DNA of 64,000 nucleotides. It comes from an uncultured Clostridia bacterium (GTDB lineage Bacteria > Bacillota > Clostridia > Lachnospirales > Anaerotignaceae). Position 1 is the stretch's first letter. Each line of letters opens with the position of its first letter. The position numbers and the translations under genes were made by a program. The notes below the pieces were generated by a model. That model was not told the DNA's origin, did no database searches, and worked only from the letters and a program-made list of their open reading frames with translations. Shown in pieces: positions 62,520 to 64,000 of this stretch. The stretch lies in contig CAJUKL010000008.1 in NCBI GenBank assembly GCA_910587195.1, forward strand, positions 193 to 64,192, written 5' to 3'.

Positions 62520-62995
62520 ACAGAACGAATTTTTAACCGATGGTATTCTGTTGTCATTCAACTACAACAGCCATTCCACTGCAACACACAGCAGCAAAAC
62601 GAAGTTTTGCACAAAAGTTCTTTGCTACCTTTCTTTCAAGAAAGTGAGGAGTTCTTGGGGAAACTTTTTTCACTTGTGAAAAGTTTCCCCAAACCCCTTC
62701 AAAAACACGCTTCCAGGCGTAAAAAACCTAAAACCTTGAGGCGTTGCCTCAAACTCCACAAGCTTTTTGAAAAAAGCTTGACCAAAAACTTTATTTTTTG
62801 CACATGGTACAGATTCTCATTTTTAACTACTGGTGCTCTGTTCTCGTTCAACTACAACAACTATTCGACTTCCCTACACGGCAGCGAAACGCCAGTTGTC
62901 TACACTTCGTTTCGGTCGGTGCAGAACAAACGTCCACCGGACGTTTTGCACCGCACAAAAGTTCTTTGCTTACTTTCTTTCAAGAAAGTAAGTTA
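62520..62995. repeat. Palindromic repeat cluster overlapping the HD-gene 3' end
   Basis: Two units with the complete module set. Confidence 0.85.
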
Positions 62996-63542
62996 TTTTT
63001 TGGAGAGTATCTTCTTTTGCTGTCTGACGCAATTGGCTTAATCTTTCATGCACTTGCGCTTCTTCCCAGCCATATGTTTGTTGTAATTCATATTCTAAAG
63101 GAAGCCAAGAAGAAATTGGTGCTTCATTGTGTTGTATCACTGCTTCTAATCTGTCTAATGCTTTGTATATTTTGGCTTCCATTGTTTGTCTTTGCTCCAT
63201 TTCCTCAAAAAGTGTCAGCATATCTGTCTTTTGTGGCTCTGGTAAAGTTTCAAGCAATTCTATAATTGCATTTTCCTCTACTTTAGAATCTTCTTCTGTT
63301 TTTAAAAAAGAAGGAATATCTCCTGTAATTGCTTCCCCTAAATCATGAATAATGCACATCTTGATTATTTTTTGAAAATCTACTCCTTCTATTTCCTTTT
63401 CCAATAGTAATGCCATCAGGGATAAACGCCAACTATGTTCTGCTACACTTTCTTTTCTGTTTGTAGATGTCCATGAATGTCTTGTATTGCATTTCATTTT
63501 TTCTGCAATGTCTAAAAAATTGATTAATTCTCTATCTGTCAT
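62970..63542 (-). CDS. HD-domain hydrolase (YfbR/HDDC2-like)
   Basis: ESVAEHSWR, HDLGEAITGD, ALD.LE. Confidence 0.88.
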   Translation of the reverse strand: MTDRELINFLDIAEKMKCNTRHSWTSTNRKESVAEHSWRLSLMALLLEKEIEGVDFQKIIKMCIIHDLGEAITGDIPSFLKTEEDSKVEENAIIELLETLPEPQKTDMLTLFEEMEQRQTMEAKIYKALDRLEAVIQHNEAPISSWLPLEYELQQTYGWEEAQVHERLSQLRQTAKEDTLQKITYFLERK

Positions 63543-63625
63543 ATATTTTCCTTTCTTTTCCACCTTTTTTCCACACCTATTATAACATAAAAAGGAATAC
63601 GATAATACCGTATTCCTTATTTTTA

Positions 63626-64000
63626 TTAACCCTCAATAGAAATATATTTTTTTTGTTCCACTTTTCGCTGTTCTTTTTTTGGTATGGTCAAGTGTAAAAT
63701 ACCATTTTCAAATTTTGCTTTAATTTCGTGCTGTTCTACATCGCCAACATAAAAGCTTCTGGAACATTGACCTGCATAACGTTCTCTGCGGATATAAATT
63801 CCTTCTTCATTTTTTTGTTCTGTTTCTGTAGATTTTGCTGCGTTGACAGTTAAATAACCATTTTCTAAATTTGCCACAATTTCTTCTTTTTGAAATCCAG
63901 GTAAATCAATATCAATTTCATAATGTGTTTCTTTTTCCTTAATGTCTGTTTTCATCATATTTTTTTCATAAGCCAATAAAGGATTTTTTCTTCCAAAAAA
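63626..64000 (-). CDS. Hsp20/alpha-crystallin small heat-shock protein (5' end outside the window)
   Basis: MKTDI.E, DLPGF.KE, YIRRER..G…RSF, A.FENGIL; frame is open to the window edge. Confidence 0.9.
   Translation of the reverse strand, partial: FFGRKNPLLAYEKNMMKTDIKEKETHYEIDIDLPGFQKEEIVANLENGYLTVNAAKSTETEQKNEEGIYIRRERYAGQCSRSFYVGDVEQHEIKAKFENGILHLTIPKKEQRKVEQKKYISIEG

Overview
Low-GC, AT-rich chromosomal window from an endospore-forming Clostridia-class bacterium (spo0A present; the gene set resembles Lachnospirales/Anaerotignum, which is an inference). Most of it is housekeeping: der-plsY-gpsA, dnaD-dnaC, dnaX-ybaB, spo0A, copA-csoR, ychF, hpf, thiI-iscS, prmA-rsmE, prfB (programmed frameshift) and secA. 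The main observation is that feoB is split in two (14064-15409 and 20897-21614) by a ~5.5-kb phage-gene-free element. The element has 26-bp imperfect inverted-repeat ends (22/26 identical) and a directly repeated TT core, and it encodes a large serine recombinase. Recombination at the TT restores an in-frame 687-aa FeoB (…PCNGR-F-PTII…). The recombinase has a sigmaE-like promoter, feoA-feoB has a sigmaK-like promoter, and a 41-aa candidate directionality factor ends inside the left att arm. Together these suggest a skin-like, sporulation-programmed excision that would switch on an iron-transporter gene. Other observations: a modular palindromic repeat family (12 clusters, roughly 4 kb) with covarying hairpins that docks at gene 3' ends; one 220-bp MITE-like copy with terminal inverted repeats and a 19-bp target duplication; a self-contained 17-aa peptide gene; a candidate structured leader RNA before an amino-acid ABC transporter; and a Cys-less uracil-DNA glycosylase with 16-aa tandem repeats. 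No rRNA, tRNA or CRISPR array was recognised.
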